Counted from the stretch's first letter, positions 32,145-43,462 are shown. The stretch: 64,000 nucleotides of DNA from an uncultured Chloroflexia bacterium (GCA_963774265.1 CAVZDU010000002.1:128001-192000); one strand, 5' to 3'. Made by a program: numbers and translations. The notes: generated from the letters alone by a model not told the origin.

Positions 32145-33488
32145 ATGGATGTATTTGACGGCTTCCCCAAGCCCGCCATCGCCCAACCCGTCTTCCTGAC
32201 CATTGGCAACTTCGACGGGGTGCACCGAGGACATCAGATGCTGGTATCCGAGCTGGCACTGGCGGCGCACGCCGAAGGAGGGGTGGCAGGTCTGCTAACA
32301 TTCGAGCCGCACCCGGTGGCGGTGCTGCGACCCGAGCTCAAGGCCCCGCGCCTCACATCGAACGAGGAGCGCGCGGAGTTACTGGCAGCGCTCGGCCTCG
32401 ATTTTGTCGTGGTCCATCCCTTCACTCGCGAAACCGCAGCGACCCCCGCAGCGCAATTCGTGGCGACTTTGACTGCCCACCTACCCCTACACGAATTATG
32501 GGTTGGTCCGGACTTCGCGCTCGGCCGCGGGCGTGACGGGAACACCGAGCGCCTGGCAGAGCTGGGCCACGAAATGGGTTTCCTCGTACACGTCGTATCC
32601 CCGTTTGACTGGCAAGGTGATCCGGTGCGCTCCAGCCGGGTGCGCGGCCTGCTGACCGAAGAAGGCGCGGTCGCACAGGCGAAGGCATTGTTGGGAAGGC
32701 CCTACCGGGTGTGGGGCGAGGTTGTTAGGGGCGCACAACGGGGGCAAACGCTGGGCTTTCCAACCGCGAACCTGCGGCTGCCTGACGAGCGCCTCGTGCC
32801 AGCGTATGGCGTGTATGCATGCTGGGCGTGGCGAGGCGACGCGGGACATCCAGCGGTTGTGAATATCGGTGTGCGTCCAAGCTTCGACAACGGCCTCCCG
32901 TCTGTTGAGGCCTATCTGTTGAACTTCTCGGGCGATCTCTATGGGGAAACTTTGGGACTGAGTTTCATTCAGCGGTTGCGCGGAGAGAAGAAGTTCGCAG
33001 ACATCGGCCAGTTAGTCGAGCAGATACGGAGCGATGCAGCCGCCGCGGCGGAGATCCTTGCCCACCCGCCGACCGATGCCGGGGAGGGCCACTGGCGCGA
33101 GCTTGCTCATACAGCAGACTGGGCAATAGAAGTTTGGGGCGCCAATCCACGCACGCTATTTGCCAACGCGAGCGCTGCCATGTACGAGCTGCAGGAGCTC
33201 GATCCCGTCCAGCCTATCACGTTGGCGCGGGCCATCTGCGTGAATGGCGACGGATACGAGGAGCTGCTGGTTGCGTGGCTCAACCGGCTTCTGCTAGGAC
33301 AGGAGTTGGGCGGTGAGATGTATTCGCGCTTCGAGATCTTCGAGATGTCGACACGCGGTTTGCGTGGGGTGGCATATGGCTACCGGGGAACACCTACTCA
33401 CACGGAAATCAAAGCCGTGACATACCATGATTTGATTGTTCGCCAGATGACCGACGGCTGGCAGGCACGGGTCACTTTTGATGTGTAG
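32145..33488 (+). CDS. ribF: Riboflavin kinase/FAD synthetase fused to a C-terminal archease domain
   Basis: IGNFDGVHRGH, SSRVR, GFPTAN, NIGVRP, EAYLL, LRGEKKF; then HTAD...ELLVAWLN.LL...EIKAVTYH...VTFDV (archease). Confidence 0.9.
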   Translation: MDVFDGFPKPAIAQPVFLTIGNFDGVHRGHQMLVSELALAAHAEGGVAGLLTFEPHPVAVLRPELKAPRLTSNEERAELLAALGLDFVVVHPFTRETAATPAAQFVATLTAHLPLHELWVGPDFALGRGRDGNTERLAELGHEMGFLVHVVSPFDWQGDPVRSSRVRGLLTEEGAVAQAKALLGRPYRVWGEVVRGAQRGQTLGFPTANLRLPDERLVPAYGVYACWAWRGDAGHPAVVNIGVRPSFDNGLPSVEAYLLNFSGDLYGETLGLSFIQRLRGEKKFADIGQLVEQIRSDAAAAAEILAHPPTDAGEGHWRELAHTADWAIEVWGANPRTLFANASAAMYELQELDPVQPITLARAICVNGDGYEELLVAWLNRLLLGQELGGEMYSRFEIFEMSTRGLRGVAYGYRGTPTHTEIKAVTYHDLIVRQMTDGWQARVTFDV

Positions 33489-33541
33489 CTCGATTATTCG
33501 AGACCATCGAGATCGACACGACCCTGATGATTCGACAGAAT

Positions 33542-34336
33542 CTAGATTGACACGTCAGCTTTGATATGTGGGTGGGGGTCGTAGCCTTCGAGTTCGAAGT
33601 CCTCGAAGCGGAAGCCGGTAATGTCCTTGACGGCTGGATTGATCCGTATGCGTGGCAATGGACGCGGATCTCGGGACAGCTGAATACGTGCCTGGTCGAA
33701 ATGGTTGCGATACAGGTGCGCGTCGCCGCTGGTATGGATGAAGTCGCCGGGTTGCAGGTCGCAGATGTGCGCGACCACGAGGGTGAGCAACGCGTAGGAC
33801 GCAATATTGAACGGCAACCCAAGAAAGACATCTACCGATCGCTGGTAGAGCTGGCACGACAGCAGGCCATTTGCCACGTAGAACTGGAACATGACGTGGC
33901 AGGGCGGCAACGCCATGAGATCGATTTCCCCCACGTTCCAAGCGCTGATGATCAGCCGGCGCGAGTCAGGATTGCGCCTGATCTGCCCCAGGACATCCAT
34001 CAATTGGTCCACGGTGCGGCCATCGGACGTCGCCCAGGAGCGCCACTGCTTGCCATACACCGGCCCTAGTTCACCCTGGGCGTCCGCCCACTCGTCCCAG
34101 ATGCGCACGCCGTGTTCCTGCAGCCACCGCACGTTCGTATCACCATTGATGAACCATAACAACTCATAGATGATAGATTTAACGTGGAGTTTTTTGGTGG
34201 TGAGCAGGGGGAAGCCCGATGCCAGGTTGAACCGCATCTGGTGGCCAAAAATGGAGCGCGTGCCAGTGCCAGTGCGGTCGGATTTGTCCGCCCCGTGGTC
34301 GAGGATCGTTTGCATCAGGTCGAGATAGGCGCGCAT
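33542..34336 (-). CDS. thyA: Thymidylate synthase
   Basis: [41 protein letters not shown]; 264 aa from MRAYLDL. Confidence 0.97.
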   Translation of the reverse strand: MRAYLDLMQTILDHGADKSDRTGTGTRSIFGHQMRFNLASGFPLLTTKKLHVKSIIYELLWFINGDTNVRWLQEHGVRIWDEWADAQGELGPVYGKQWRSWATSDGRTVDQLMDVLGQIRRNPDSRRLIISAWNVGEIDLMALPPCHVMFQFYVANGLLSCQLYQRSVDVFLGLPFNIASYALLTLVVAHICDLQPGDFIHTSGDAHLYRNHFDQARIQLSRDPRPLPRIRINPAVKDITGFRFEDFELEGYDPHPHIKADVSI

Positions 34337-34359
34337 GACAGTCCTCGAAATAAGCCCCT

Positions 34360-34402
34360 GCACACAGGCACAAAGGAGCAAAGGGACTTTGTGCCTGTGT
34401 GC
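34360..34402. repeat. Intergenic palindrome between the CBS/ACT gene and thyA
   Basis: 16-bp perfect stem GCACACAGGCACAAAG/CTTTGTGCCTGTGTGC. Confidence 0.65.
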
Positions 34403-34418
34403 CTCCGCAGAGGCGCTC

Positions 34419-35063
34419 TTACTGGCCGCGAAAGTCCACGACTTCGACGTCCAGGCCCGAGAGGGCATTGCGGACGCTGGCAGCATCGACATCACTCACT
34501 TTGAGCATGATGAGCGGTCGATCGGGCGTGGCGCCAGCATAAGTGGCGAAGCTGATGATGTTGGCGCCCAGGCCGGTCAGCGCTTGCGCCAGCTTCGCGA
34601 GCACGCCCTTGCCCTGGTGCACGCGCAGAGTGACGCGTAGGCCCGGGATGCGCGCGCCCAGCAGCTCGGCCAGAATCTTGAATACATCGGTTTCGGTGAT
34701 GATGCCGACGAGCTTATCACCATCCACCACAGGCAAGCCGCCGATCTTGTTGTCGGCCATGACGCGCGCTGCCTCCTCAAGAGGAGTGTCCGACGAAACC
34801 GAGATCACGGGACTGGACATGACCTGCTTGATGGTGAGCTTGGCGAGCAGGTAGTGGAGCTCGTACACGCTCAGCGACGTCGCAGGCGACGGCGCTGCGT
34901 GGAGGAGATCCTTGTCGGAGACAATGCCGACCATGTTTCCAGACGCGTCAAGAACAGGCAGGCGGCGCACTTTGCGCTCGCGCATCAGGTGCAAGCCATC
35001 ATCGATGCTTGCAGTCTCTTCAATTGTGACGGGATTGCGGGTCATCCGTTCGCCGACGAGCAT
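34419..35063 (-). CDS. CBS-pair + ACT domain protein (AcuB-like)
   Basis: Two CBS domains, [19 protein letters not shown]-terminal ACT-like GVLAKL..L...GANI. Confidence 0.9.
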   Translation of the reverse strand: MLVGERMTRNPVTIEETASIDDGLHLMRERKVRRLPVLDASGNMVGIVSDKDLLHAAPSPATSLSVYELHYLLAKLTIKQVMSSPVISVSSDTPLEEAARVMADNKIGGLPVVDGDKLVGIITETDVFKILAELLGARIPGLRVTLRVHQGKGVLAKLAQALTGLGANIISFATYAGATPDRPLIMLKVSDVDAASVRNALSGLDVEVVDFRGQ

Positions 35064-35103
35064 AGGTTTGCCTCCTCAGGTTGATAATTGCAGCTGCACT
35101 GCA

Positions 35104-36176
35104 TCAGGCAGGGGATGGATTAGTCCGGGTAGGATGATTCCTGGGCCGTTTCTTCTTGGGCATTTGATAGCCCAGACGGCGGAGCTCCTCCTCATCAGTG
35201 CGCCACTTGGGTCGCACCTTGACCCATAGTTCGAGGAACACGCGTGTCTCGAGCAACTCCTCGATCTGTTGGCGCGCAGATTGGCCGATCTGCTTAATCA
35301 TCGCGCCGTCTTTTCCTAGAACAATCATCTTCTGTGTCGGCCGCTCCACGTAGACGACTGCTGAGATGTAAGTTACGCCGTTCTCGCGCTCTTTGAAGTC
35401 ATCAACCAGCACGGCGACTGAGTGAGGGACTTCGTCGCGCAAGTGATGCAGCACTTGCTCACGCACCAGTTCGCCGGCCATGAAGCGTACTTGTTGATCG
35501 GTGACCTGGTCCTCGGGAAACAAAGGCGGGCTGACCGGCATCAATCGCGCCAGCTCATTTGCCAGATCAGTCAGCCTATCGCCGCGCAAGGCAGAAAGCC
35601 GCATCGCGGTCGCGGTGGGTGCGAGTGCAAGGTAGTCCGCCTCGTGCTTGGGAGACCAAACCGCATCTTGCGACGAGGACACCCCGCCCTTACGCTCATC
35701 CGTCTTGTCCAGCTTGTTGAGGCCGAGAAGAAACGGCGTGGGGGCAGAAGACTGCTCGCGCCTGCGGGCGGATGCGATGATTTCCGCCACCTTGCGATCC
35801 TCATCGTTAGGCGGTGAGCTCACATCGACCACCCAGAGCAGGACGTCGGCATCGGGCAGCGTTGCAGCCGCGGTCTCGACCATGACCTCGCCAAGTTTAT
35901 GTAAAGGTGCGTGGATGCCGGGCGTATCGAGAAAAACGATCTGGGCGTCATCCCGCGTTAGAATACCGAGCAACCTGTTGCGCGTGGTCTGAGGCTTTGG
36001 GGAGACAATGCTGACCTTCTGCCCCAACAGTGCGTTGATCAAGGTGGACTTGCCAACGTTAGGACGACCGATTACGGCCACAAAGCCCCGCGAAAGTCGT
36101 CTGGATATACGGTTTTTTCCGCTCCACCGAAGAACTCATCGATCAAAGCATTTTCTTCAGGTTCAGGATCGATCAT
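35104..36176 (-). CDS. era: GTPase Era (apparent frameshift near 36088)
   Basis: GRPNVGKSTL, KPQTTR, DTPG, NKLD, KH domain. N-terminus MIDPEPEE...PDDFR starts at ATG 36176 (ATGA overlap) in an adjacent frame. Confidence 0.93.
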
Positions 36177-36889
36177 GCGTGCAACCTGAATGGATTGAAA
36201 TCGGTGTTCACATCGTAGTAGTCAACACCTTCAGCGCGCTTGAGACCGGCGACCACGCGGTAGGTCACCGGCGTGAAGAGAGCCTCAATCACCACCTTGA
36301 AGATGTAGTTAGCGACGATGATGCTCAACGCTGCGGCCCAAGGGAACACGCCCAGTGCAGCAGCGATCAGTACGAAGATGGTGGTGTCGACGACCTGACC
36401 CACCAGGGTCGACCCGATCGTGCGCAGCCACAGGAAACGGCCCTGGGTCGCCACCTTGAGCTTTGCCAGGACGAAGGAGTTGCTAAACTCGCCGGCAAGG
36501 TAAGCGATCAGGCTGGCCACGATGATCCCGCCGTTGCTCACGCCGCCCAAAATGGCATCGTAGGCGTCCTGTCCTGCCGCGGCCTGCCAGTTGGCCTCAC
36601 CAGGCAAGCGTGCGACCAACCAAAGGGTGAAGCCCATGAGGCCAGCCAGGGCGAAGCCGACCCAGATGACGCGGCGCCCAAACGCATAACCATAAACCTC
36701 GGTCAGCACGTCCCCGAAAATGTAGCTTATCGGGAACAGGAGCGTGCCGGCATCAAAGGCTAACCTTAGGTCACCCACCGACACCCCCCAGTCGATGATC
36801 TTCGCCGAGGAAGCGATGTTGCTGACCAGCAAGACCGCGACGAACGCGGCCATGATCAAATCGTAAAAGCGATAGGGGGGCCGACGCAT
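36173..36889 (-). CDS. Queuosine precursor transporter (YhhQ/Vut_1)
   Basis: LLVSNI...K, FP..YIFGDVLTEVYG, ASLIAYL.GEF.N, LWLRTIGST.VGQ.VDT. Confidence 0.92.
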   Translation of the reverse strand: MRRPPYRFYDLIMAAFVAVLLVSNIASSAKIIDWGVSVGDLRLAFDAGTLLFPISYIFGDVLTEVYGYAFGRRVIWVGFALAGLMGFTLWLVARLPGEANWQAAAGQDAYDAILGGVSNGGIIVASLIAYLAGEFSNSFVLAKLKVATQGRFLWLRTIGSTLVGQVVDTTIFVLIAAALGVFPWAAALSIIVANYIFKVVIEALFTPVTYRVVAGLKRAEGVDYYDVNTDFNPFRLHA

Positions 36890-36898
36890 GTCTCGTCC

Positions 36899-38686
36899 CT
36901 ACACAAGCCGTTGGGCCAATGCCCTTACCTGTTCGGCCATGCGCTGGGGTAGTCGCGCGCCGAACTGGGCGAAATGGCGTTCGATGTCGGGGACTTCGGA
37001 GCGCCACGCGGCAATGTCGACGCGTAGCAGTTCGTCCATATCCTCCGGCGCGATGGACAGACCCGTCGAGTCCAGGTCACCGTCACAGGGTAGCATGCCA
37101 ATCGGTGTCTTGCGTGCGTCCACCCTGCCTTCGATCCGGTCGCACATCCATTTGAGCACACGGCTGTTTTCCCCGTATCCGGGCCACAGCCACTTGCCGT
37201 CGGGCGATTTCCGGAACCAGTTCACGTAGAAGATGCGCGGGGCCTTTTCTCCCAGCCGATCCCCCATCTCCAGCCAGTGGCCGAAGTAATCACTCATATT
37301 GTAGCCACAGAAGGGCTGCATGGCGAACGGATCGCGGCGCAAATTGCCCACCGCGCCGATGTTTGCGGCGGTCGTTTCGGAGGATGCGGTGGCGCCCATA
37401 AACACACCGTGGTCCCAATCGTATGCCTCAGTGACCAGCGGTACGACACCTGCGCGGCGTCCGCCGAACACGAAGATATCAATTGGCACGCCTTCGGGGT
37501 TCTCCCAGTCGGGGCTGATCGACGGGCATTGCCTCGCAGGCGCGGTGAAGCGCGCGTTCGGATGGGCGGCTGGCTCCCCACGGTCAGGTGACCAATCCCG
37601 GCCCTTCCAGTCGATGGCGTGCTGGGGTGCCTGCACCCCCATGCCCTCCCACCAGATATCGCCGTCATCGGTCAATGCGCAATTCGTAAAGATCACGTTC
37701 TCCCGTACGGTGTCCATCGCCATCGGGTTCGACTGGCAGGATGTGCCCGGCGCGACACCGAAGAAACCGGCTTCCGGATTGATCGCGTAGAGCCGGCCGT
37801 CAGGTCCAATCTTCATCCAGGCGATGTCATCACCCAGCGTTTCGGCGCGCCAACCGGGCAGAGTGGGCTGAATCATGGCCAGATTCGTCTTGCCACACGC
37901 TGAGGGAAAGGCCGCCGCGATGTGATAACGCCGGCCTTCCGGGCTGGTGAGCCGTAGGATGAGCATATGCTCGGCCATCCAGCCCTCGCGATGGGCCATC
38001 GCGGACGCGATGCGCAGCGCAAAGCACTTCTTACCCAATAGCGCATTGCCACCGTATCCCGAACCATAGGACCAGATGAGGTTCTCGTCGGGGAAGTGGC
38101 TGATGTATTTCTGATCCATGGGCGCGCAGGGCCACGTGGCATCAGCCATACCCGGCTCGAGAGGCGCGCCGATGGAATGGAGGCACGGGACAAAGTCGCC
38201 GTCCGGCCCCAGTGCATCGCATGCCTGGATACCTACGCGCGTCATGATGTGCATGTTGCAGACGACGTAGGGGCTATCGGTGATTTCGACGCCGATCTTG
38301 GACATGGGCGATCCCAGGGGTCCCATCGAGAACGGTATGACGTACATGGTCCGGCCAGCCATGCAGCCATCGTACAGCCCTAGCATGGTCTGCTTCAGCT
38401 CGTCAGGCGCGACCCAGTTGTTCGTCGGACCGGCGTTGTCTTTGTCGGGCGTGCTGATATAGGTCCGCGCTTCGACGCGGGCAACATCAGACGGATCCGA
38501 GCGGAACAGGTAGCTGTCCGCGCGGCGAGCGAGCGGCTCGGCCATGCCAGACGCGACCATCTGCGCCATTAGTCGGTCGTACTCGGCAGTGCTGCCGTCA
38601 CACCAGTAAACTGCTTCGGGCCGGCACAAGGCAGAGGCTTGATCCACCCAGGCGCGAAGCTTATGATTCTTAACCTCGTAACCCAC
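36899..38686 (-). CDS. pckG: Phosphoenolpyruvate carboxykinase (GTP)
   Basis: [52 protein letters not shown]. Confidence 0.96.
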   Translation of the reverse strand: MGYEVKNHKLRAWVDQASALCRPEAVYWCDGSTAEYDRLMAQMVASGMAEPLARRADSYLFRSDPSDVARVEARTYISTPDKDNAGPTNNWVAPDELKQTMLGLYDGCMAGRTMYVIPFSMGPLGSPMSKIGVEITDSPYVVCNMHIMTRVGIQACDALGPDGDFVPCLHSIGAPLEPGMADATWPCAPMDQKYISHFPDENLIWSYGSGYGGNALLGKKCFALRIASAMAHREGWMAEHMLILRLTSPEGRRYHIAAAFPSACGKTNLAMIQPTLPGWRAETLGDDIAWMKIGPDGRLYAINPEAGFFGVAPGTSCQSNPMAMDTVRENVIFTNCALTDDGDIWWEGMGVQAPQHAIDWKGRDWSPDRGEPAAHPNARFTAPARQCPSISPDWENPEGVPIDIFVFGGRRAGVVPLVTEAYDWDHGVFMGATASSETTAANIGAVGNLRRDPFAMQPFCGYNMSDYFGHWLEMGDRLGEKAPRIFYVNWFRKSPDGKWLWPGYGENSRVLKWMCDRIEGRVDARKTPIGMLPCDGDLDSTGLSIAPEDMDELLRVDIAAWRSEVPDIERHFAQFGARLPQRMAEQVRALAQRLV

Positions 38687-38729
38687 GGGGTTTGCCCTTT
38701 CTCGATTGCAGATTGAAGATTACGTATGC

Positions 38730-39653
38730 CTACGGTGTCAGATGGGCCATGGTGGCGCGGATTAGGTCGGCAGATTTTTTCATCATGCCCTTCTCTCCGT
38801 CGGTCAAATCAAGCTCGAGAATACGCTCGATGCCGTTCTTGCCCAGAATGACCGGCACGCCGAAGCAGATGTCGTTCAGCCCGTACTCCCCCTGGAGATA
38901 CACCGACGCGGGGTAGATATGATGCTGGTCTCGCAGGACGGCCTGAGCCATCTTGCAGGCCGACGCGCCAGGTGCGTAGTACGCACTGCCAGTCTTCAGG
39001 TAGCGCACAATTTCGGCGCCGCCATCACGCGTCCGGGCAACTATGTGGTCGATCTGCGCCTGACTGAGGAAATACGTTAACGGCACCCCTGCAACATTCG
39101 AAAAGCGTACTAAGGGCACCATCTCATCGCCGTGTCCACCCAGCACGGTTGTGTGGATGTTCTCGGGGCTAATCCCTGTTTCCATCGCGATGAAGGTGCG
39201 CATTCGGCCACCATCGAGCACGCCGGCCTGGCCCATGACTCGCTCGCGCGGGAAGCCGCTGACCTTGTAGGCCAGGTAGGTCATGGTGTCCAAAGGATTG
39301 GTCATCATGAGTAGGATTGCGTCTGGAGAATGCTCGACGACCTTCCGAACCACATCTGTAACTATGCCTGCATTGATGTGCACCAAGTCTTCTCGCGTCA
39401 TGCCCGGTTTGCGTGCGACACCGGCGGTAATGATGACGATGTCTGAGTTTGCGGTGTCTGCGTACTCCGTCGAGCCGGTCGCATCGATGGCGTGCCCGGC
39501 AATTGGGCCAGACTGAATCAGATCCAAAACTTTGCCCTTAGCCAGGCCGTCGACCACATCCAGCAGCACGATCTGGCAACCGCCCGAGATCATGGCCCAG
39601 TGCGCCACGGTACTGCCCACATATCCGGCCCCTATAATGCTGACTTTGCTCAT
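38730..39653 (-). CDS. mdh: Malate dehydrogenase (LDH-like)
   Basis: GAGYVG, ARKPGMTREDL (Arg specificity loop), NPLD, GGHGD, GSAYYAP. Confidence 0.93.
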   Translation of the reverse strand: MSKVSIIGAGYVGSTVAHWAMISGGCQIVLLDVVDGLAKGKVLDLIQSGPIAGHAIDATGSTEYADTANSDIVIITAGVARKPGMTREDLVHINAGIVTDVVRKVVEHSPDAILLMMTNPLDTMTYLAYKVSGFPRERVMGQAGVLDGGRMRTFIAMETGISPENIHTTVLGGHGDEMVPLVRFSNVAGVPLTYFLSQAQIDHIVARTRDGGAEIVRYLKTGSAYYAPGASACKMAQAVLRDQHHIYPASVYLQGEYGLNDICFGVPVILGKNGIERILELDLTDGEKGMMKKSADLIRATMAHLTP

Positions 39654-39704
39654 CGACTCGCTCCGTGACTTGAAGATTTCAGATTGAAGATCGTGCCCCC
39701 ACTG

Positions 39705-40646
39705 TCAGGCGGTGGCAGCGGGCGCGGCCACGGGCTGACGGCTGGACACAGCAGCGACCAGTTCGATGCCGTCCGCTGCCAACACAGGTTTGAGTGCCGC
39801 AATGGCGGCCTCGATCATCGATGGATCAGGCTGGCGCGTGGTCAGGCGTTGTAGGAGCAAGCCGGGAGTAATCAAGGCACGCACCCACGGCCACTCAATA
39901 TGGCTGGCGGTGAAGCGCATCACCTCATACGCGATGCCGGCAACAACCGGGATCAATAGAAGCCGCGAGGCCAACCTCAGGAGCAAGTTGTCAAAATGGA
40001 ACGGCGCGAACACCAGTATCGAGATCAGCATCACGGACAGCAGGAAGCTGGTGCCGCAGCGGGTGTGCGCCGTGCTGAACCTGGCCACCGACTCAGGAGT
40101 GAGCGGTTCACCGGCTTCATAAGCGTTAATCGTCTTGTGCTCCGCACCATGGTAGCCGAACACGCGACGAATGTCGGGCATGAACCCGATGGCCCATAAG
40201 TACAGCAGGAAGATGCCGAGGCGGACCAAACCCTCGACGATGCTCGTAACCAGGCCACCTGCGCCTGCGGGCGCCAACCATTTTGCCGCTGCGGTCGGCA
40301 GCATGAAGAAAAGCGCGACCGAAAAGGCTAGCGACACTGCGATCGTGGTCCAGGCGACAGGACCGGCGAACTTGATGTCCTCTTGCCCCTCTTCCTTTAC
40401 GGCCACATCAGCCGACCAGATGAGTGCGCGCATGCCGAGCCCCAGGGCATCCCACAGCATGCCTAAGCCGCGGATGAAGGGCCACTGGCCCCACTTCTTG
40501 GTATAGATGGCCGCGGTAAGCGGCTCCTCATGGACGACGATCTCACCGCTTGGGGCTCGGACGGCCACCGCCATCTGCTTGCGCCCACGCATCATCACAC
40601 CTTCGATTACTGCCTGTCCGCCATAATTGAATTTAGCCAATCTCAC
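39705..40646 (-). CDS. DUF1385 membrane protein
   Basis: [37 protein letters not shown]. Confidence 0.92.
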   Translation of the reverse strand: MRLAKFNYGGQAVIEGVMMRGRKQMAVAVRAPSGEIVVHEEPLTAAIYTKKWGQWPFIRGLGMLWDALGLGMRALIWSADVAVKEEGQEDIKFAGPVAWTTIAVSLAFSVALFFMLPTAAAKWLAPAGAGGLVTSIVEGLVRLGIFLLYLWAIGFMPDIRRVFGYHGAEHKTINAYEAGEPLTPESVARFSTAHTRCGTSFLLSVMLISILVFAPFHFDNLLLRLASRLLLIPVVAGIAYEVMRFTASHIEWPWVRALITPGLLLQRLTTRQPDPSMIEAAIAALKPVLAADGIELVAAVSSRQPVAAPAATA

Positions 40647-40688
40647 ATCCTCATCTCAGGGCCGCGCAGGGCACCTCATTAGTTACGT

Positions 40689-40717
40689 ATTCTAACCCAC
40701 GTAAGGGTCAGTGTCAA
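40689..40717 (-). promoter_or_regulatory. Promoter of the DUF1385-mdh-pckG run
   Basis: Minus-strand TTGACA-17 bp-TAGAAT. Confidence 0.65.
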
Positions 40718-40866
40718 AGCCTCGACCATTTGTACGTCGTTGGTGCTCAGATTTCACCCTGGTGTGGCGCAATCATAGCACAGCGGTAGGCGGCCACAAG
40801 CGACCAAGCTTCCAGACTGGAGTAGGCCGGGCGACTGTGCTAGACTGTCACCCGGAGGTGAAGCCA

Positions 40867-41649
40867 ATGAGCGGAGTGGAAGAGTCCATGGACCGGATCG
40901 CACGTTTTTTCGACGCCGAATACCTGAGTTATAACGATGATCTACCTGTTCTGGAAGCCTACGCAGACCGAACCGGCGGGCCGCTGCTGGAGCTTGGTTG
41001 CGGAACTGGTCGAGCGCTTGTTCCCCTGGCTAGAGCCGGTCACCAGGTCACGGGCGTCGACGCCAGTCCGTCCATGTTGCGACTGGCACGGGCGAAAGCA
41101 GAGGCCGCGGGCGTATCCCAGCAGGTCAGACTGATCGAAGGTGATTTTGTAGAGGCTGATCTGGGCGGCACTTACCGGTTCGCGTTCACGCTCATGAACA
41201 CCTTCCTGCACCTGCCAGATCTTGTGGCCCAGATCGCCGCACTCAAGCATTGGCGGGAGGTGCTGGCGCCGAAAGGACTGCTGCTAATTGACGTATTCAA
41301 TCCAGATATGGGTCAACTGGCGGCGATGGATGGCCGGCTGGAGTGGGAACAGACCTGGACCAACAGCAGCACAGGCGAGCGTGTGATGAAGTTCCTGACG
41401 CGCGTGGTAGAGCCGGCGGCCCAGGTCATGTCCGTGAATCACATCTACGAAGAGATCGCGACGGATGGCACCCTGCGCCGAACCATGGCAACCTTCAACC
41501 TCCGCTATATATGGCGATTCGAAGCCGAGCTCTTGCTTGACAAGGCAGGGTTCAATCTTGAGGCCGTCTATGGCGACTGGGATATGAGCCCCTATGCTAG
41601 CGACAGCGAGCGCATGATCATCGTGGCACGCTGCGCGAAGCGAAAATGA
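40867..41649 (+). CDS. Class I SAM-dependent methyltransferase
   Basis: LLELGCGTGR, GVD.S..ML, L.P.GLLLID.FNP. Confidence 0.9.
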   Translation: MSGVEESMDRIARFFDAEYLSYNDDLPVLEAYADRTGGPLLELGCGTGRALVPLARAGHQVTGVDASPSMLRLARAKAEAAGVSQQVRLIEGDFVEADLGGTYRFAFTLMNTFLHLPDLVAQIAALKHWREVLAPKGLLLIDVFNPDMGQLAAMDGRLEWEQTWTNSSTGERVMKFLTRVVEPAAQVMSVNHIYEEIATDGTLRRTMATFNLRYIWRFEAELLLDKAGFNLEAVYGDWDMSPYASDSERMIIVARCAKRK

Positions 41650-41716
41650 GGACACGGAGACGGGGACACCCGTGTCACCCCGTCCTTGGTCTCCCCCTCA
41701 CCCAATCACTCCGCTC

Positions 41717-42943
41717 CTATGGAGTCGGAGTAGCCGGCACAGTGACAGTCGTCGTGACGGTCGCCGTCAACGTCACTGAGCTCGCTGCCGTGACCACCGG
41801 GGTTGGTGTCGTCGGCGTGGGGCAGTTGGCATTAGAGCCTATCTTGCCCTGCTCAGCGATCGATTTCTGGCCGAAGAGGCTGTTCAGCTCACTTTCCAAC
41901 CGCTCCTGATCGCCGATCTGTAGCACCTGCGCCCCACCCACCTCGGCGTACACAATCGCATCTGTGCTGAACGTCAGACCGTGTATTGCCTCGCCCTTCA
42001 ACCCCAGGCCCACGCGGGCCAGGCGAATCACATCTAGCAAACCCAGGTCCGTCTGAAAGGTATGCTGCAGCGCGCGCCAGAGCTGCGGCAGCTTGGTGAG
42101 CGCATCCACCTGCAGGGCCCGCTCCTTGATCGCCCAGATGAGCTGCTGCTGCCGCTGCCCCCGGTAGAAGTCGTTCGAGTTGTAGCGGAAGGTGGCGAAC
42201 TTCTTTGCGGCTGCGCCGTCCAAATGGTTGACGCCCACCGGCAACTCGAACTTCTCGAACTCGCCTGGCTTCGTTGGGTGTGGGGTGAGTTCGTAGAGCG
42301 GACAGTTCAACGTCACATCGACGCCGTCGAGCGCATCGACCAACTCGACCAGTCCCTCCTGCTTGATTCGCACCCAATGCTGAGTCGGCACGTCCAGGAT
42401 GTCCTCGATAATCTTGCCGACCAGTGCAGGCCCGCCGCCAGGGTATTTGTTGGATTCCCCGTGGAAATCGGCCTGGTTGATACGGCCCATGCCATAACCG
42501 GGGATCTCCACCCACAGGTCGCGCGGGATGGAGACGATCCCGACCTGGTTTGCCTCGTGATCCACGGCCACGATCATGATGGTGTCGGTCCGCCAGGCGA
42601 TGTCCCCGGGCCGCGGATCGATGCCAAGGACCAGATAGTTGTCCGTCTCTTTGAGCGTCTTGGGTGCGGGCGTCGGGCTGGCGGTAGGGGTGAGCGTTGG
42701 CTCAGGCGTCGCGGTCGGTGTCGACGGCGACGTCGGTGACGACGGGACCTCGGTCGGCGCATCCGTGGCTGTCGGCTCAATCGTCACTTCAGTGATGGCC
42801 GTGAGGACGGGGGGGGGCGTCGCGGGGAGGGAGCTAGTGGCCGCGGGCACAGATTGGCACGCAGTAAGGGTCAGAACGAAGACAAGCAACAGCGCCGGCC
42901 ACGAGCGAACTCCCGGCCGGATCCAGTGGTAGTTTTGTCTCAT
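41717..42943 (-). CDS. LytR-CpsA-Psr (LCP) family lipoprotein
   Basis: LTAC lipobox, Thr/Pro linker, LVLG.D.R, RTDTIM, SIPRDL.V, R..RQQ. Confidence 0.92.
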   Translation of the reverse strand: MRQNYHWIRPGVRSWPALLLVFVLTLTACQSVPAATSSLPATPPPVLTAITEVTIEPTATDAPTEVPSSPTSPSTPTATPEPTLTPTASPTPAPKTLKETDNYLVLGIDPRPGDIAWRTDTIMIVAVDHEANQVGIVSIPRDLWVEIPGYGMGRINQADFHGESNKYPGGGPALVGKIIEDILDVPTQHWVRIKQEGLVELVDALDGVDVTLNCPLYELTPHPTKPGEFEKFELPVGVNHLDGAAAKKFATFRYNSNDFYRGQRQQQLIWAIKERALQVDALTKLPQLWRALQHTFQTDLGLLDVIRLARVGLGLKGEAIHGLTFSTDAIVYAEVGGAQVLQIGDQERLESELNSLFGQKSIAEQGKIGSNANCPTPTTPTPVVTAASSVTLTATVTTTVTVPATPTP

Positions 42944-42950
42944 GGACTGG

Positions 42951-43451
42951 TCAACCTACCTTGTAACCGATTTTGCGGAGGAAGCCCTTCCGCCAGGCAA
43001 CACCGTCGGCATCCTCAAGGCCCTGTGTATGCAAGCCGTCAATCACGCCCAGGATGCCGCGGCCCTGCTCGCTTTCCGCCAGAATCACCTGGACAGGATT
43101 CGCGGTGGCGCAGAAGATGTTGGCCACCTCAGGCACGGCCTTGATTGAGTTCAGGATATTGATTGGAAACGCATCGCGCAGGAACAAAATGAACGAATGC
43201 CCGGCACCCAGGGCGAGAGCGTTACGCTCTGCCAACGCCCGGAGGCCAGCGTCCGTACCGCTAGATCGAACCAACGCAACGCCAGAGGACTCGCAGAACG
43301 CGAGGCCGAACTTCGCATTGGGAACGGCAGTGACGACTGCCTCGTGGATGTCTTCGACGGTCTTGATGAAATGACTCTGACCGAGGATGAAGTTCAGCTC
43401 CTCGGGGTTTTCGATCTGGACAAGCTTGAGTTGGAAAGCGATATCAGTCAT
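42951..43451 (-). CDS. Adenosine-specific kinase family protein
   Basis: NFILGQSHFIKTVED, FGLAFCESSG, GAGHSF, FCATANP, GRGILGVIDG. Confidence 0.9.
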   Translation of the reverse strand: MTDIAFQLKLVQIENPEELNFILGQSHFIKTVEDIHEAVVTAVPNAKFGLAFCESSGVALVRSSGTDAGLRALAERNALALGAGHSFILFLRDAFPINILNSIKAVPEVANIFCATANPVQVILAESEQGRGILGVIDGLHTQGLEDADGVAWRKGFLRKIGYKVG

Positions 43452-43462
43452 AGGATACCCTC

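Noticed and set aside
33489-33545. Missing folA beside thyA
   Set aside because: The linkage is not obligatory and cannot be judged from one window.
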